Shown here in pieces: positions 51,159 to 61,104 of a stretch of 64,000 nt of DNA. Position numbers and translations under genes: made by a program. The notes under the pieces were generated by a model that ran no database searches, was not told the DNA's origin, and saw only the letters and a list, made by a program, of their open reading frames with translations. This stretch comes from Nitrososphaeraceae archaeon (GTDB lineage Archaea; Thermoproteota; Nitrososphaeria; Nitrososphaerales; Nitrososphaeraceae), in contig DATGZA010000075.1 in NCBI GenBank assembly GCA_035297365.1, forward strand, positions 46,249-110,248. Reading direction: 5' to 3'. Within the stretch, counting starts at the first letter, position 1. The number at the start of each line of letters is the position of its first letter.

Positions 51159-51826
51159 TATTTTTCAGACTCGCTCCACTTGTTCAACAATTTGAGAGTA
51201 AGAGTTTTGGCTTCTTCCATCCTATTGTCTTTAATTAATGTTTGAATATGCTCATCTCTGATTAAAGAATACAAGAATTTCTTTCTTTCCGATACAGTGT
51301 TGATAATAGGCCTTGCTTGTATTCTTGCGAATTCCTGTAATTTTGTATTGTCAATATCCGCCTTCTTAATTATTCTCCTTAAAATACGTTCTGCTTTTAT
51401 TCTTAATCTCCTGGCCATAATAGGACTTTTACCGTAGGTTGAAATTGCCACTTGCATAGTACCTTCAATATTTATTACTGAGGCATAGGAAAAGTCGCTA
51501 ACAACAGGATCATCAGCAGCGTATACAAAAGATCTAGACAATCTACCTTTCTCAACGATTTTTCTATTCAGGTCCTTATCATCGGTTGCAGCCAAAACAA
51601 GAAAAAGATCTTTGAAGTTGTCTAAAATATTGGTGTCGGTAATCTTTTGTTTTATTAAATTAATCTTTCCATCGTCATATAAAGTACGAAGATTAGAGTT
51701 AATCTTATCGCCTATGACTGTGATTTTGCAATTTTGACCTAATAGGCCACGTACTTTTCTGTAGCCTTCTACCCCTCCTCCAATAACTAGGACATTTTTT
51801 CCATTGAGGTTCAGGTCAACTATCAA
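51158..51826 (-). CDS. sirC: Precorrin-2 dehydrogenase/sirohydrochlorin ferrochelatase (SirC/Met8p-like)
   Basis: VLVIGGG, AATDD, ADDP...DF, ISTYGKSP. Confidence 0.9.
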   Translation of the reverse strand: MIVDLNLNGKNVLVIGGGVEGYRKVRGLLGQNCKITVIGDKINSNLRTLYDDGKINLIKQKITDTNILDNFKDLFLVLAATDDKDLNRKIVEKGRLSRSFVYAADDPVVSDFSYASVINIEGTMQVAISTYGKSPIMARRLRIKAERILRRIIKKADIDNTKLQEFARIQARPIINTVSERKKFLYSLIRDEHIQTLIKDNRMEEAKTLTLKLLNKWSESEK

Positions 51827-51968
51827 TTACCACACCGTGTTGAAGAAACAATATCTATTACATTATTTAAATTATTTCAACAAAAAAGAAAAGAAAAAAC
51901 TATTAATAATTTTGAAGCCTAAACAATATTATTTGATTATAAAATAATATAGTAATAAATGAGCCTAA

Positions 51969-52949
51969 TTGATAAATAAAAACTCCGCAAATAAAAAATT
52001 AGAACTTGAGGATATTGAAGAAATAGGTCCTGCAACAAAAATGCATTTGATTAACGCAGGAATCGAATCCCTAAGAGACTTGGTTGTCAGAGGACCGCAG
52101 AATATTTCAGAGGTAACTGGAATAAATATCGAAAAGGCAGTGGATTTGTGTAATAAAGCTAGAATGAAGTTAGAGGAGTTTGAGATTATAGATAAATCAT
52201 TTATAACTGCTACCGAGTTATATAAAAAGAGGCTAAATATTGAACGAATATCCACAGGATCGAAAAATCTCGATGAGTTACTAGGGGGCGGAATTGAAAC
52301 TGGAGCTATCACAGAAATATATGGTGAATTTGGTTCTGGAAAAACACAAATTTGTCATACCACAGCAGTTTTGGTACAACAAAAAAAAGAAAACGGGGGT
52401 TTAGAAGGTGGAATCATATACGTAGACACAGAAAATACATTCAGACCTGAAAGGATAGTTTCCATATCAAAATCAAGGAATATCGATCATTCACCTGTCT
52501 TAGAGAATATTATTGTTGCAAAAGCTTTTAACAGTTCTCATCAGGAGCTTATTATTCAAGAAATTGGAAAAATAATAGAAAACAATAACATTAAGTTAGT
52601 AATAATCGATTCTGCTATTTCCCATTTTAGAGCAGAATTTTTAGGAAGAGGTACGCTTTCGGAGAGACAACAAAAATTAAATAAATTAATGCATATCCTT
52701 ATTAGGATTGCAGAGACGTATAACATTGCAATAATAATCACTAATCAAATTCAATCTGCTCCAGATATGATATTCGGGGATCCATATAGACCGACCGGGG
52801 GGAATGTCATGGCACATTCTAGTACTTATAGAATATATTTAAAAAAAGCAGGAAAGAATAGGATAGCAAGGATTGTAGACAGTCCATATCATCCAGAAAT
52901 TGAAGCTCTCTTTTCCCTAAGTGAAGAGGGTATCTCTGACCCAGTTTAA
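51969..52949 (+). CDS. radA: DNA repair and recombination protein RadA
   Basis: N-terminal HhH, GEFGSGKTQ, DTENTFRPER, RGTLSERQQ, GGNVMAH, DSPYHP. Confidence 0.95.
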   Translation: MINKNSANKKLELEDIEEIGPATKMHLINAGIESLRDLVVRGPQNISEVTGINIEKAVDLCNKARMKLEEFEIIDKSFITATELYKKRLNIERISTGSKNLDELLGGGIETGAITEIYGEFGSGKTQICHTTAVLVQQKKENGGLEGGIIYVDTENTFRPERIVSISKSRNIDHSPVLENIIVAKAFNSSHQELIIQEIGKIIENNNIKLVIIDSAISHFRAEFLGRGTLSERQQKLNKLMHILIRIAETYNIAIIITNQIQSAPDMIFGDPYRPTGGNVMAHSSTYRIYLKKAGKNRIARIVDSPYHPEIEALFSLSEEGISDPV

Positions 52950-52994
52950 AATTTATCAGTTAATGTTAAATTAAGGAATTAATCTAGGAGTAAT

Positions 52995-53279
52995 ATGCCA
53001 CGTTCACATGGAAGTAGAAGAAAATCGAGATCAGTATTAACAAAAAGTAATGTACTTAGGGGTATTACTTATTTATTAATAAATTATAAAATTGGTGACA
53101 AGGTCATGATAAATATTGATCCGAGTGAACACAACACTATGCCACATAGAAGATATCAGGGAAAAATAGGAACTATCTTAGAGGTTGGAAAAAGAATAGT
53201 AAGAATTGCTATACAAATCGGAAACAAAGAAAAGATTCTTCAAACTAAAAGAAATCATATAAAATTAATAACAAATTAG
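52995..53279 (+). CDS. rpl21e: 50S ribosomal protein L21e
   Basis: SHGSRRKSR, MPHRRYQGKIG. Confidence 0.95.
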   Translation: MPRSHGSRRKSRSVLTKSNVLRGITYLLINYKIGDKVMINIDPSEHNTMPHRRYQGKIGTILEVGKRIVRIAIQIGNKEKILQTKRNHIKLITN

Positions 53280-53292
53280 GTTTGATGTTTTT

Positions 53293-53628
53293 TTGGAAAT
53301 ACTAAAAAGAGAAGTGGTTTCTCTAGGGCAAGTTAAGGAAATTCTTGACAAGACAGAATCAGAGAACATGGATCAGATTCAGAGATGGACTCTTGATTAT
53401 GTAACCAAATTCTCAAAAACCTCACCAGAAGAGTCAAGAAAAATTGTTGAGGAATTAGTTGATCAGTGCGATCTAAAAGAAGAGGAAGCTGTTGAAATAA
53501 CCAATTCTATGCCAAGTTCAATTGAAGAGCTAAGGGCATTTACATTTGGGTGGAAAAAACTTATCTTAACAGATACTCTTACTCGAATATTAGAAGTTAT
53601 AAACAAGGCAAAAAATAAAGATAGTTAG
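53293..53628 (+). CDS. rpo4: RNA polymerase subunit Rpo4 (F)
   Basis: LDYVTKFSK, MPSSIEELR; conserved rpl21e-rpo4-DUF655-ksgA order. Confidence 0.9.
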   Translation: MEILKREVVSLGQVKEILDKTESENMDQIQRWTLDYVTKFSKTSPEESRKIVEELVDQCDLKEEEAVEITNSMPSSIEELRAFTFGWKKLILTDTLTRILEVINKAKNKDS

Positions 53629-53646
53629 AATCAAGGATGATCAATA

Positions 53647-54261
53647 ATGTCACAGCCAAACTACAATCCGAGAACTAGATCTAGCGAGTTTGGTGGCAGT
53701 GGCGGAAATTATCCACATCGCAAATATGAAGAATTTGCACACATATTGGATTTTTCAATAACAGGTAAGGCATCTACAGTAAAAAAAAGAGAAGGAATAA
53801 TAATACAAGCAATAGGGGAGGAGAGATTAACATTATTAGAATTATTAGGAGATCCTAAAAAGAACTTTGACATAGGAGAACGTGTTTATATAGGCAGAGA
53901 GGGTAGAGAAAAAATTATTAGTGTACTCGGTCGTCTTAATTTTAATGATCTATCCCAATCATCTAAAAATGAAATACCAAATGTGATCGAGACAATAATA
54001 AATATTAACCAGAAAAGATTTGTTGATTATATTAACAATGCACAACCTCTGACGCCCAGAATTCATGCCTTGGAATTGATTCCAGGAATTGGAAAAACGT
54101 ATATGAAAAGTATAATTACTGAAAGAGAAAGACGAAAATTTGAGGACTTTAACGACCTTCAGGCAAGAACCGGAATAAAGGAACTTCAAAAACTTATTGC
54201 AAAAAGAATAGTAGAAGAAATTTCTGGAGATACTAGGATGAACATCTTTGTAAGAAAATGA
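53647..54261 (+). CDS. DUF655 family RNA-binding protein
   Basis: YEEFAHILDF, QAIGE, RIHALELIPGIGK. Confidence 0.9.
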   Translation: MSQPNYNPRTRSSEFGGSGGNYPHRKYEEFAHILDFSITGKASTVKKREGIIIQAIGEERLTLLELLGDPKKNFDIGERVYIGREGREKIISVLGRLNFNDLSQSSKNEIPNVIETIININQKRFVDYINNAQPLTPRIHALELIPGIGKTYMKSIITERERRKFEDFNDLQARTGIKELQKLIAKRIVEEISGDTRMNIFVRK

Positions 54262-54983
54262 ATTTGAACAAGCAACTTGGTCAAAATTATTTAATTAGTA
54301 AAAAAATAGTAACAAAGATAATAGAAAACTCAGAGATTAGACCTGATGAAACCGTATGTGAAATGGGTTCGGGTAAAGGTGCAATGACATTTGACCTATG
54401 TAAAACAGCAAAATCTGTAAAGTCATTTGAAATAGATAAGAAATTGTATGAACAATTATTCAAGAAAAGTTTAAAATATAAAAATCTAGAATTAATTAAT
54501 GAAGACATTTTAAAATATGAAAAACCGTTAGCTTTTGATGTCTTTGTTTCTAATATTCCGTACTCAAGAAGTAGAGATACAATATCGTGGTTAGCAACTA
54601 AAAAATTTAATAGAGCTTTAATAATGGTTCAAAAAGAATTTGCTGATAAGTTGAGAGCATCAAAAACAGAACCCAATTATAGGGCAATATCAGCCATATC
54701 ACAATATTGTTTTGACCTTCATAAATTATTCGATGTTGAAAAAGATGCCTTCTTTCCTAGACCAAAAGTAGAATCTGAAGCAATCAGGTTAACTCCAAAA
54801 AATTTAACGATTACTATGAATTTAATTTCCCTTATACATTATATTTTTTCTTTTAAGAATAAAAAAGTAGCAAAAATTTCAAAAAAAAATCAAATACATT
54901 TGGAGCAAAAAAACACAAGGATAAGGGAACTTAATCCAGTAGAGATTTTTGAATTGGCTAAAAAATTGCTCGCCTTTAAGTGA
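54258..54983 (+). CDS. ksgA: 16S rRNA adenine dimethyltransferase KsgA/Dim1
   Basis: LGQNYL, EMGSGKG, SNIPY, MVQKEFA, FFPRPKVES. Confidence 0.93.
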   Translation: MNLNKQLGQNYLISKKIVTKIIENSEIRPDETVCEMGSGKGAMTFDLCKTAKSVKSFEIDKKLYEQLFKKSLKYKNLELINEDILKYEKPLAFDVFVSNIPYSRSRDTISWLATKKFNRALIMVQKEFADKLRASKTEPNYRAISAISQYCFDLHKLFDVEKDAFFPRPKVESEAIRLTPKNLTITMNLISLIHYIFSFKNKKVAKISKKNQIHLEQKNTRIRELNPVEIFELAKKLLAFK

Positions 54984-54992
54984 AATATTAAA

Positions 54993-55526
54993 TTGTATTT
55001 ACCTAGTGACGATACTTTATTATTGATTGATTCAATAAATGGATATTCAGGTTTTTCAGCTTTAGAGATAGGCGTGGGCTCTGGCACCGTTTGTACAAAA
55101 CTTAAGAACAATTTTGATTTTGTGGTAGGTGTTGACATAGATATTGAAGCTATAAGATATTGTAGAAATAATATCAAGTCACAAATAACATGGATATGTT
55201 GCGATGTCGTTTCCTGCATTACTGGAAAATTTGATCTTATTGTTAGCAATCCACCCTACTTACCTAATGAGAAAGGTTTTGACATAAAAGATAATACAAT
55301 TTACGGTGGAAAAAATGGAGTAGAGATGACTATCAAGTTTATACAAGATTCATTATCATTACTTAAACGTGATGGAAAGTTAATGATTATTGTTTCTTCA
55401 ATTGGAATGATGAACGAACTAGATAAATTCATCATGGATAATAAGTTAGAAAAAAAGATAATAAATGAAAAGAAATTATTCTTCGAAATTTTATACGTCT
55501 ACGAAATTCTAAAAAAATATGTCTAA
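54993..55526 (+). CDS. HemK2/Mtq2-type protein methyltransferase
   Basis: YLPSDDT, LEIGVGSG, SNPPY. Confidence 0.88.
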   Translation: MYLPSDDTLLLIDSINGYSGFSALEIGVGSGTVCTKLKNNFDFVVGVDIDIEAIRYCRNNIKSQITWICCDVVSCITGKFDLIVSNPPYLPNEKGFDIKDNTIYGGKNGVEMTIKFIQDSLSLLKRDGKLMIIVSSIGMMNELDKFIMDNKLEKKIINEKKLFFEILYVYEILKKYV

Positions 55527-55542
55527 AAATTTTGCAAAATAA

Positions 55543-56568
55543 TCATTTTTTAAGTAATTTCGATGCACGAGATGAGATCTCGTCCGTCATTTTTGAAAGT
55601 GTAGCACTTCCACCCAAATCATAGGTTACATATTTGTTTTCATTAATTACTTCTTCAGTAGCGCGAAATATCGCTCTTGATATATCTTTTTCTCCAAGAA
55701 ATTCTACCATCCAAGCACCAGAGCATATAGTCGCTACTGGGTTTACCTTATTTTGACCAGCATATTTTGGTGCACTACCATGAGCAGGTTCAAACATTGC
55801 AAATTTATCGCCATAATTACCAGAGTAAACGTTGCCTATCGACCCAACATGGCCAGAAGCACATTCAGAAATAATATCCATAAATAAATTCGTACTTAAT
55901 AAGATGCTTTCATTGAAGCGTTCTGGATTCTTTACCAATTGCTGCGTAACATTATCTATATAATACTCTTCTATATCGATATCTGCAAAATCCCTATTAA
56001 TTTTTTCGACAGATGACATGAAGATTCCATCAGTTTCTTTTAGAATATTACGTTTAGTAATAACAAAAATCTTTTTAAATCGACAATCTTTAGTTACCTC
56101 AAACGCTTTTTTTGCTACTCGTTCACATCCTTTTTTTGTAATTTTGCGTATAGCTATGGCTGAATCATCACTTGTTTTGAATTCTATTCCAGAATAAAGA
56201 CCTTCAGTAGATTCTCTAACACAAACAAAATTGAGGTTTAATTTTGAAGTTTTGTATGTTTTAATTGGTCTAATATTTGCATATAATTCAAATTTTTGTC
56301 GGATACTCACAGCAACGCTTCTAGGGGCCGACGGGTCAGGAATTGTGGTGGTGGGACCTTTGAAGCACGCATCGCTTTCTGAGAGCATTTTCCAAACTTC
56401 ATCCGATATATAGGAATTTGTTCTATTTTTTTTCCAATACTCTGAACCTGCTTCCACTGGAAGTAATTCAACTCCTGTATTACATTCCTTTAAGACCTTC
56501 ATCATAGCGGAGACTAATTCTGGTCCCGTACCATCTCCCCTAATCACTATAGCTTTTTTTTGTGTCAA
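55543..56568 (-). CDS. Isocitrate/isopropylmalate/homoisocitrate dehydrogenase family
   Basis: GDGTGPE, ANIRP, RESTEGLY, FEPAHGSAPK, TYDLGG. Confidence 0.9.
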   Translation of the reverse strand: MTQKKAIVIRGDGTGPELVSAMMKVLKECNTGVELLPVEAGSEYWKKNRTNSYISDEVWKMLSESDACFKGPTTTIPDPSAPRSVAVSIRQKFELYANIRPIKTYKTSKLNLNFVCVRESTEGLYSGIEFKTSDDSAIAIRKITKKGCERVAKKAFEVTKDCRFKKIFVITKRNILKETDGIFMSSVEKINRDFADIDIEEYYIDNVTQQLVKNPERFNESILLSTNLFMDIISECASGHVGSIGNVYSGNYGDKFAMFEPAHGSAPKYAGQNKVNPVATICSGAWMVEFLGEKDISRAIFRATEEVINENKYVTYDLGGSATLSKMTDEISSRASKLLKK

Positions 56569-56605
56569 ATTATCAAAAATTCACTAAAGCTAATCTATTT
56601 ATATT

Positions 56606-57169
56606 TTATTTGGATCTCAGTTCCATTTTTACGACCATGTCTTTTGTAAATGGTGGCATTAATGTAGAATTTGTAACCGTAGTAAATTCATTATTTTCAG
56701 AGTAATAAGAATATTGGATATCATATCTATCAAGATCAATAATTTCGTCAATAAATGCGCCGGTACTGTTATCAACAACATGAATAGTGTTATTATCAGA
56801 TGTATAAATTTTAAGGAAATTGTCCATTGTCATCCTAATCGGTCTAATGTATTGTAGATGAATATTTTGACCAACCTCATCTGTGTGAATCAGGTGAATA
56901 CATTCATTTCCATCTTTGATTTCTTTCCCAACAGAATCTGGTAATAATTTCTGCTTATCATCAACAAAAATTTGAATTATTGGATAAACATTAAATGTAT
57001 CTACATTATGAGCTTTTAAGCATATATCTAACACAGGGGGTGGAGGAGACAGTTGCATTATAATTATTCCCGCCAAAGTAGCGACACCTATCATTATTGG
57101 TGGAAGTAAAAGTTGTTTTTTTCCAATCTTTTTTGATGGTTTTATAGGCTTAAACCGTCTTTTTGGCAT
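56606..57169 (-). CDS. Membrane-anchored hypothetical protein
   Basis: Basic N-terminus plus TM helix; C...IHTD motif. Confidence 0.7.
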   Translation of the reverse strand: MPKRRFKPIKPSKKIGKKQLLLPPIMIGVATLAGIIIMQLSPPPPVLDICLKAHNVDTFNVYPIIQIFVDDKQKLLPDSVGKEIKDGNECIHLIHTDEVGQNIHLQYIRPIRMTMDNFLKIYTSDNNTIHVVDNSTGAFIDEIIDLDRYDIQYSYYSENNEFTTVTNSTLMPPFTKDMVVKMELRSK

Positions 57170-57317
57170 TATGTACTTTATTGTCTTGGAATTTGAATAT
57201 TAGAGTCTTTCTATATTATTTTTTCTACTATCAATTGCAATTTTATGCACAAAATTGATAATTTATTATACAGATATTTTTGGTATTATTTAATAATCTT
57301 GAAAAGGAAAAAATGAT

Positions 57318-58067
57318 ATGAGAATAGTTCAAATTTCAGATATTCATGTGGGGAGTTATTTCAGACAAGATGTATTTGACACATTAGTAGATGAAATAAA
57401 TTCTATAATAAAACCTGATTGCATAATAATAACTGGAGATCTCACTGATGAGGGATTATTATTTCAATTCGAAAATGCTAAAAATCAAATCAGGAGATTA
57501 GATTGTCCCAATAAAATAATACTTGCAGGAAATCATGACTATAGACATACTGGATATTTAATATTTAAAAAATTTTTTCCATCCAAGAATCAAATTTACG
57601 AGTTCGATGACGCTGCTATTATAACACTCGGGACTGCAAGACCTGATCGAGATGAAGGAGAAGTTGGATACAGACAAAATTCCTGGATGGAGAAGACGCT
57701 CGCAAAAATCAACAAGGTGAAGATCATTGCAATGCATCATCATTTAATTAGTATTCCAGATACTGGAACCGATAAAGTGATTGTGTATGATGCGGGGGAT
57801 TCTCTTAGATCTTGTCTTCAATCGTCTGTTAATTTGGTTCTCTGTGGTCATAAGCATAGACCTTGGCTATGGAATTTGGGAAATTTAAAAATTGCCTATG
57901 CAGGAACAGCAAGTTCTTCCAGATTTAGGGGTTTCTTTGAAAATTCCTATAACATCGTAGAAATATACGATAATAAAAAATTTAACTTAGATATCAAGAT
58001 AGTTGGAGGAAAACGTTTTCCACTAATTGATTTGGTCGAGAAATACAAGCCATATCTAGATAGTTGA
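57318..58067 (+). CDS. Calcineurin-like metallophosphoesterase
   Basis: SDIH, TGDLT, GNHD, HHH, GHKH. Confidence 0.92.
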   Translation: MRIVQISDIHVGSYFRQDVFDTLVDEINSIIKPDCIIITGDLTDEGLLFQFENAKNQIRRLDCPNKIILAGNHDYRHTGYLIFKKFFPSKNQIYEFDDAAIITLGTARPDRDEGEVGYRQNSWMEKTLAKINKVKIIAMHHHLISIPDTGTDKVIVYDAGDSLRSCLQSSVNLVLCGHKHRPWLWNLGNLKIAYAGTASSSRFRGFFENSYNIVEIYDNKKFNLDIKIVGGKRFPLIDLVEKYKPYLDS

Positions 58068-58147
58068 TTTTTTTACTTTATTAGAAAATTCCTAGTACTT
58101 TGTATATTAATTCAGTTAAAAATATAAAATCTAATCACATATTTTTA

Positions 58148-58585
58148 ATGAAAATTTTGCTATCGATAAATATCGATGGGGCATGCAGAGGAAATCCTGG
58201 TCCCTCTGGGATTGGAATCTCGATCATTAAAAGAGATAAACTAATCTTAAGATATGGTGAGTTTATAGGTATTCAGACAAATATTCAGTCAGAATATTTT
58301 GCCTTAAAGAGGGCCCTCGAAATAGCGATTGGAATCGATAATGATATAATGATCTTTTCTGACTGTTTGTCAGTAGTTAAACAACGAAAAATAAAAAAGA
58401 GAGTAAGAAAAAAGGGGTTAAGAATGCTTACAAGGCAAATAAGTAATCTTGAAAAAAATTTTAACCATATATCTTATATGTTTATATCCAGAAGAAAAAA
58501 TATCAATGTTGATAGGATTGCAAATCAAGCAATAGACGATTATTTTAATACGAACGATATCCCCTTATATAGCAGGCAGCAGTGA
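58148..58585 (+). CDS. rnhA: Ribonuclease HI family protein; probable start ATG 58148
   Basis: IDGACRGNPG, TN..SEY, SD, N...D.IAN (D-E-D-D set). Confidence 0.88.
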   Translation: MKILLSINIDGACRGNPGPSGIGISIIKRDKLILRYGEFIGIQTNIQSEYFALKRALEIAIGIDNDIMIFSDCLSVVKQRKIKKRVRKKGLRMLTRQISNLEKNFNHISYMFISRRKNINVDRIANQAIDDYFNTNDIPLYSRQQ

Positions 58586-58641
58586 AGAATCAGAGTTAAT
58601 CTTGAAAAAATAATGTAATAAAGGCATTTGACTGAGCTGCC
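58575..58641 (+). ncRNA. Double-guide box C/D sRNA, predicted targets 23S rRNA H69 and H70/71
   Basis: Perfect GGCAGC/GCTGCC terminal stem, box C GTGAAGA 58582-58588 (contains the rnhA stop), D' TTGA 58602-58605, D CTGA 58632-58635; guides TCAGAGTTA and AAGGCATTTG antisense to conserved UAACUCUGA and CAAAUGCCUU. Confidence 0.85.
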
Positions 58642-58698
58642 AATATATAAGATTTAATCTAAAAGTTTATGTAACGAGTTATTCGATTTTATTTAAAC

Positions 58699-59289
58699 TT
58701 GTTAGGAAAGAAAGATAAGAAGTATAGTTATATTAAGGATATTGTTATTATAATTATAGGAGTAGCAATATTCTGGTTTGCAGTAAAGATTTTTTTAAAT
58801 GTAGATAATCCCTTTTATGTAGTTTCTAGTGGAAGTATGATACCTGTCTTGAACGTAGGCGATATTTTAGTAGTTAGAGATGGAAATTCTTTTCAAAATT
58901 TGAAAATAGGTGATATTATCGTATTTAACAGACCTGATGGTGCAGACAGGGTAATAGTTCATAGAATAATTGATATCACCGATAAATTCGGGGAAAAAAT
59001 AATAGTTACAAAAGGAGATGCGAATGATGGAATTATTCCCGGAACAGACTTTCCTATTAGAGAAAAAGATTACATAGGAAAAGTAGAGAAGGCAGAATTG
59101 CCTTATGTGATTCCCAAGATTGGGATCGTATTAAAATACATTAATCCACCAGTGAATTACATAATAATAGCAGGAATAATTGGTGCATTAATTTATACAA
59201 ATCTAAGAAAGAAAAAACATGAAAATGAAAAAATAGATAACAACGAGAATAGCATGAGCAGCAATGATGGGAATACTGGAAATAGATGA
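58699..59289 (+). CDS. sec11: Signal peptidase I (Sec11-type)
   Basis: VSSGSMIP, GDIIVF, IVHRI, TKGDAN. Confidence 0.93.
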   Translation: MLGKKDKKYSYIKDIVIIIIGVAIFWFAVKIFLNVDNPFYVVSSGSMIPVLNVGDILVVRDGNSFQNLKIGDIIVFNRPDGADRVIVHRIIDITDKFGEKIIVTKGDANDGIIPGTDFPIREKDYIGKVEKAELPYVIPKIGIVLKYINPPVNYIIIAGIIGALIYTNLRKKKHENEKIDNNENSMSSNDGNTGNR

Positions 59290-59324
59290 GCTTCTCGAGT
59301 AATGATAAAGATATGAATTACTTG

Positions 59325-60446
59325 TTATACTGCGTTAATTTTTTTGATAATTGTTAAAATATCCTGATCAGTCAAGATATGATCCAAACCCACTTTTTGT
59401 CCTTCGAATTTAACACTATTGCCCCATACTAATGCGAATTTAAAATCTCTAAGCATATTTCTATGTAATTTAAGACAAATGTCTTTGACTCTTGTTCCTT
59501 TTCGCACTATTAGTGGTTCTTCAAAATCAGTTTGTTTTCCCTTTGGCCTCATGTATATCCTTATAAAGTCCAATTTTTGAAAAATAGACTCTTTTAATTT
59601 TTCTATATTTTTATTTGAATCTGCTGAAACTGGAATAAAGGTATCTGGAAAGTTTTTTACAATTTCATTTAGATTATTGGTATCAATCAAATCTATTTTA
59701 TTTAGAACTGTTATACATTGCGGATAAACCCTATTTTCAGATAATACGTCAATCAAATCATCGGTGGTGAAATTTTTCTCTCTGATAGTTATTCTGCCAT
59801 TGTGTATGCCATAAATTTTACACATTTCCCTGACTAATGGTTCTGGGACCTGTATTCGGGAATCAGAGGTTACGGATACACCGCCTCTTTCAGTTTTTGC
59901 AACCAGAACGTGAGGTGGTTTTTTATTAACCTTAATACCAATCTCGGATAATTCTTTAATTAAAATAGAATAATGATGTGGTTGAAAAACATCTACAATT
60001 ACTAAAACCAGATCGGCATTCCTTGCTACTGATAAGACCTTCTTACCCATTCCTTTCCCTGAAGCAGCACCCTTAATTATACCAGGCAAATCGATTATCT
60101 GTATCTTTGCTCCGTGATAATTCATCATACCAGGAATAGCAGTTAGTGTGGTAAATTGGTATGAAGCAATTCTTGAGTTTGCATTTGTTAGGGCATTAAG
60201 AAGCGTTGATTTTCCAACACTAGGAAATCCTATGAGAACTACTGTTGCATCACCTTCTTTTTTTACATCATATCCAGTACTTCCTTTGCCAGATGATACT
60301 GTTTTACCGTGTTTATTTTCCTCGAGATCTCTTCTTAATTTTGCAATTTTTGCCTTTAAAAGACCTATATGGAATTCCGTAGCTTTATTTATTTGGGTTT
60401 TGTGTATTTCATCTTCTATCGCTTTAATTTTTTCAGGAATTCCCAT
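59325..60446 (-). CDS. DRG/Rbg1-family GTPase with TGS domain
   Basis: TQINKATEFH, GFPSVGKS, FTTL, DLPG, NKID, QKVGLDH. Confidence 0.94.
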   Translation of the reverse strand: MGIPEKIKAIEDEIHKTQINKATEFHIGLLKAKIAKLRRDLEENKHGKTVSSGKGSTGYDVKKEGDATVVLIGFPSVGKSTLLNALTNANSRIASYQFTTLTAIPGMMNYHGAKIQIIDLPGIIKGAASGKGMGKKVLSVARNADLVLVIVDVFQPHHYSILIKELSEIGIKVNKKPPHVLVAKTERGGVSVTSDSRIQVPEPLVREMCKIYGIHNGRITIREKNFTTDDLIDVLSENRVYPQCITVLNKIDLIDTNNLNEIVKNFPDTFIPVSADSNKNIEKLKESIFQKLDFIRIYMRPKGKQTDFEEPLIVRKGTRVKDICLKLHRNMLRDFKFALVWGNSVKFEGQKVGLDHILTDQDILTIIKKINAV

Positions 60447-60489
60447 TTCTATAATAATATAATGATCATAGACAATTAAAAAATCTTGT

Positions 60490-61041
60490 CTAGAAAATTC
60501 TAAAAAATTTCAAACCATGCATTATGGCTATTAGCGAACCTGATGCCATCATTAGGATCCATGGCATTGCAGGTAATTTTGGTGAGTCAAGAATAATCTG
60601 ATGATTGTCAATAATGTGGGTTATATAGTCTCTGACTTTAGCATTCCAGATCTTGTATTCTATCTTGTGTTTTTTCAATATAGATTCTATTTCATAAATC
60701 ACAGGACATCTTGCTGACCTAATATGTTGAATATATTTCCTTGAAATTTCTACCTCTCCTTGAAGTGCTATTAAACCATGATTTATTTCTAAAAGTCTGA
60801 CATGTATTTCCCAAGGTTTTTTCAATCTCTTGGCAAAGCCATGACCTATTTGTCCCGGTTTCTTATTTTCAAACTTGACCTTTTTAAATCCTTCAGCTAT
60901 AAGAGTTTGAATTATTTCATCCTTTTTGATTTTTACCATCAAACTCAGATGATCAAATTGTATATCCTCTAATTTTATTGATTCTTGTATTCCTTTTAAT
61001 ATATTTATTTTGCGAGGATATCTCGTAAGGAACTCTGACAT
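60490..61041 (-). CDS. Conserved hypothetical protein with C-terminal TM anchor
   Basis: PWEIHVR, EVEISR motifs; hydrophobic C-terminus. Confidence 0.7.
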   Translation of the reverse strand: MSEFLTRYPRKINILKGIQESIKLEDIQFDHLSLMVKIKKDEIIQTLIAEGFKKVKFENKKPGQIGHGFAKRLKKPWEIHVRLLEINHGLIALQGEVEISRKYIQHIRSARCPVIYEIESILKKHKIEYKIWNAKVRDYITHIIDNHQIILDSPKLPAMPWILMMASGSLIAIMHGLKFFRIF

Positions 61042-61104
61042 TCGGTTATTAAAATTTTGAGCTCATGGTTATATTAAAATGCTATGTTGATAATACAACA
61101 ATTC

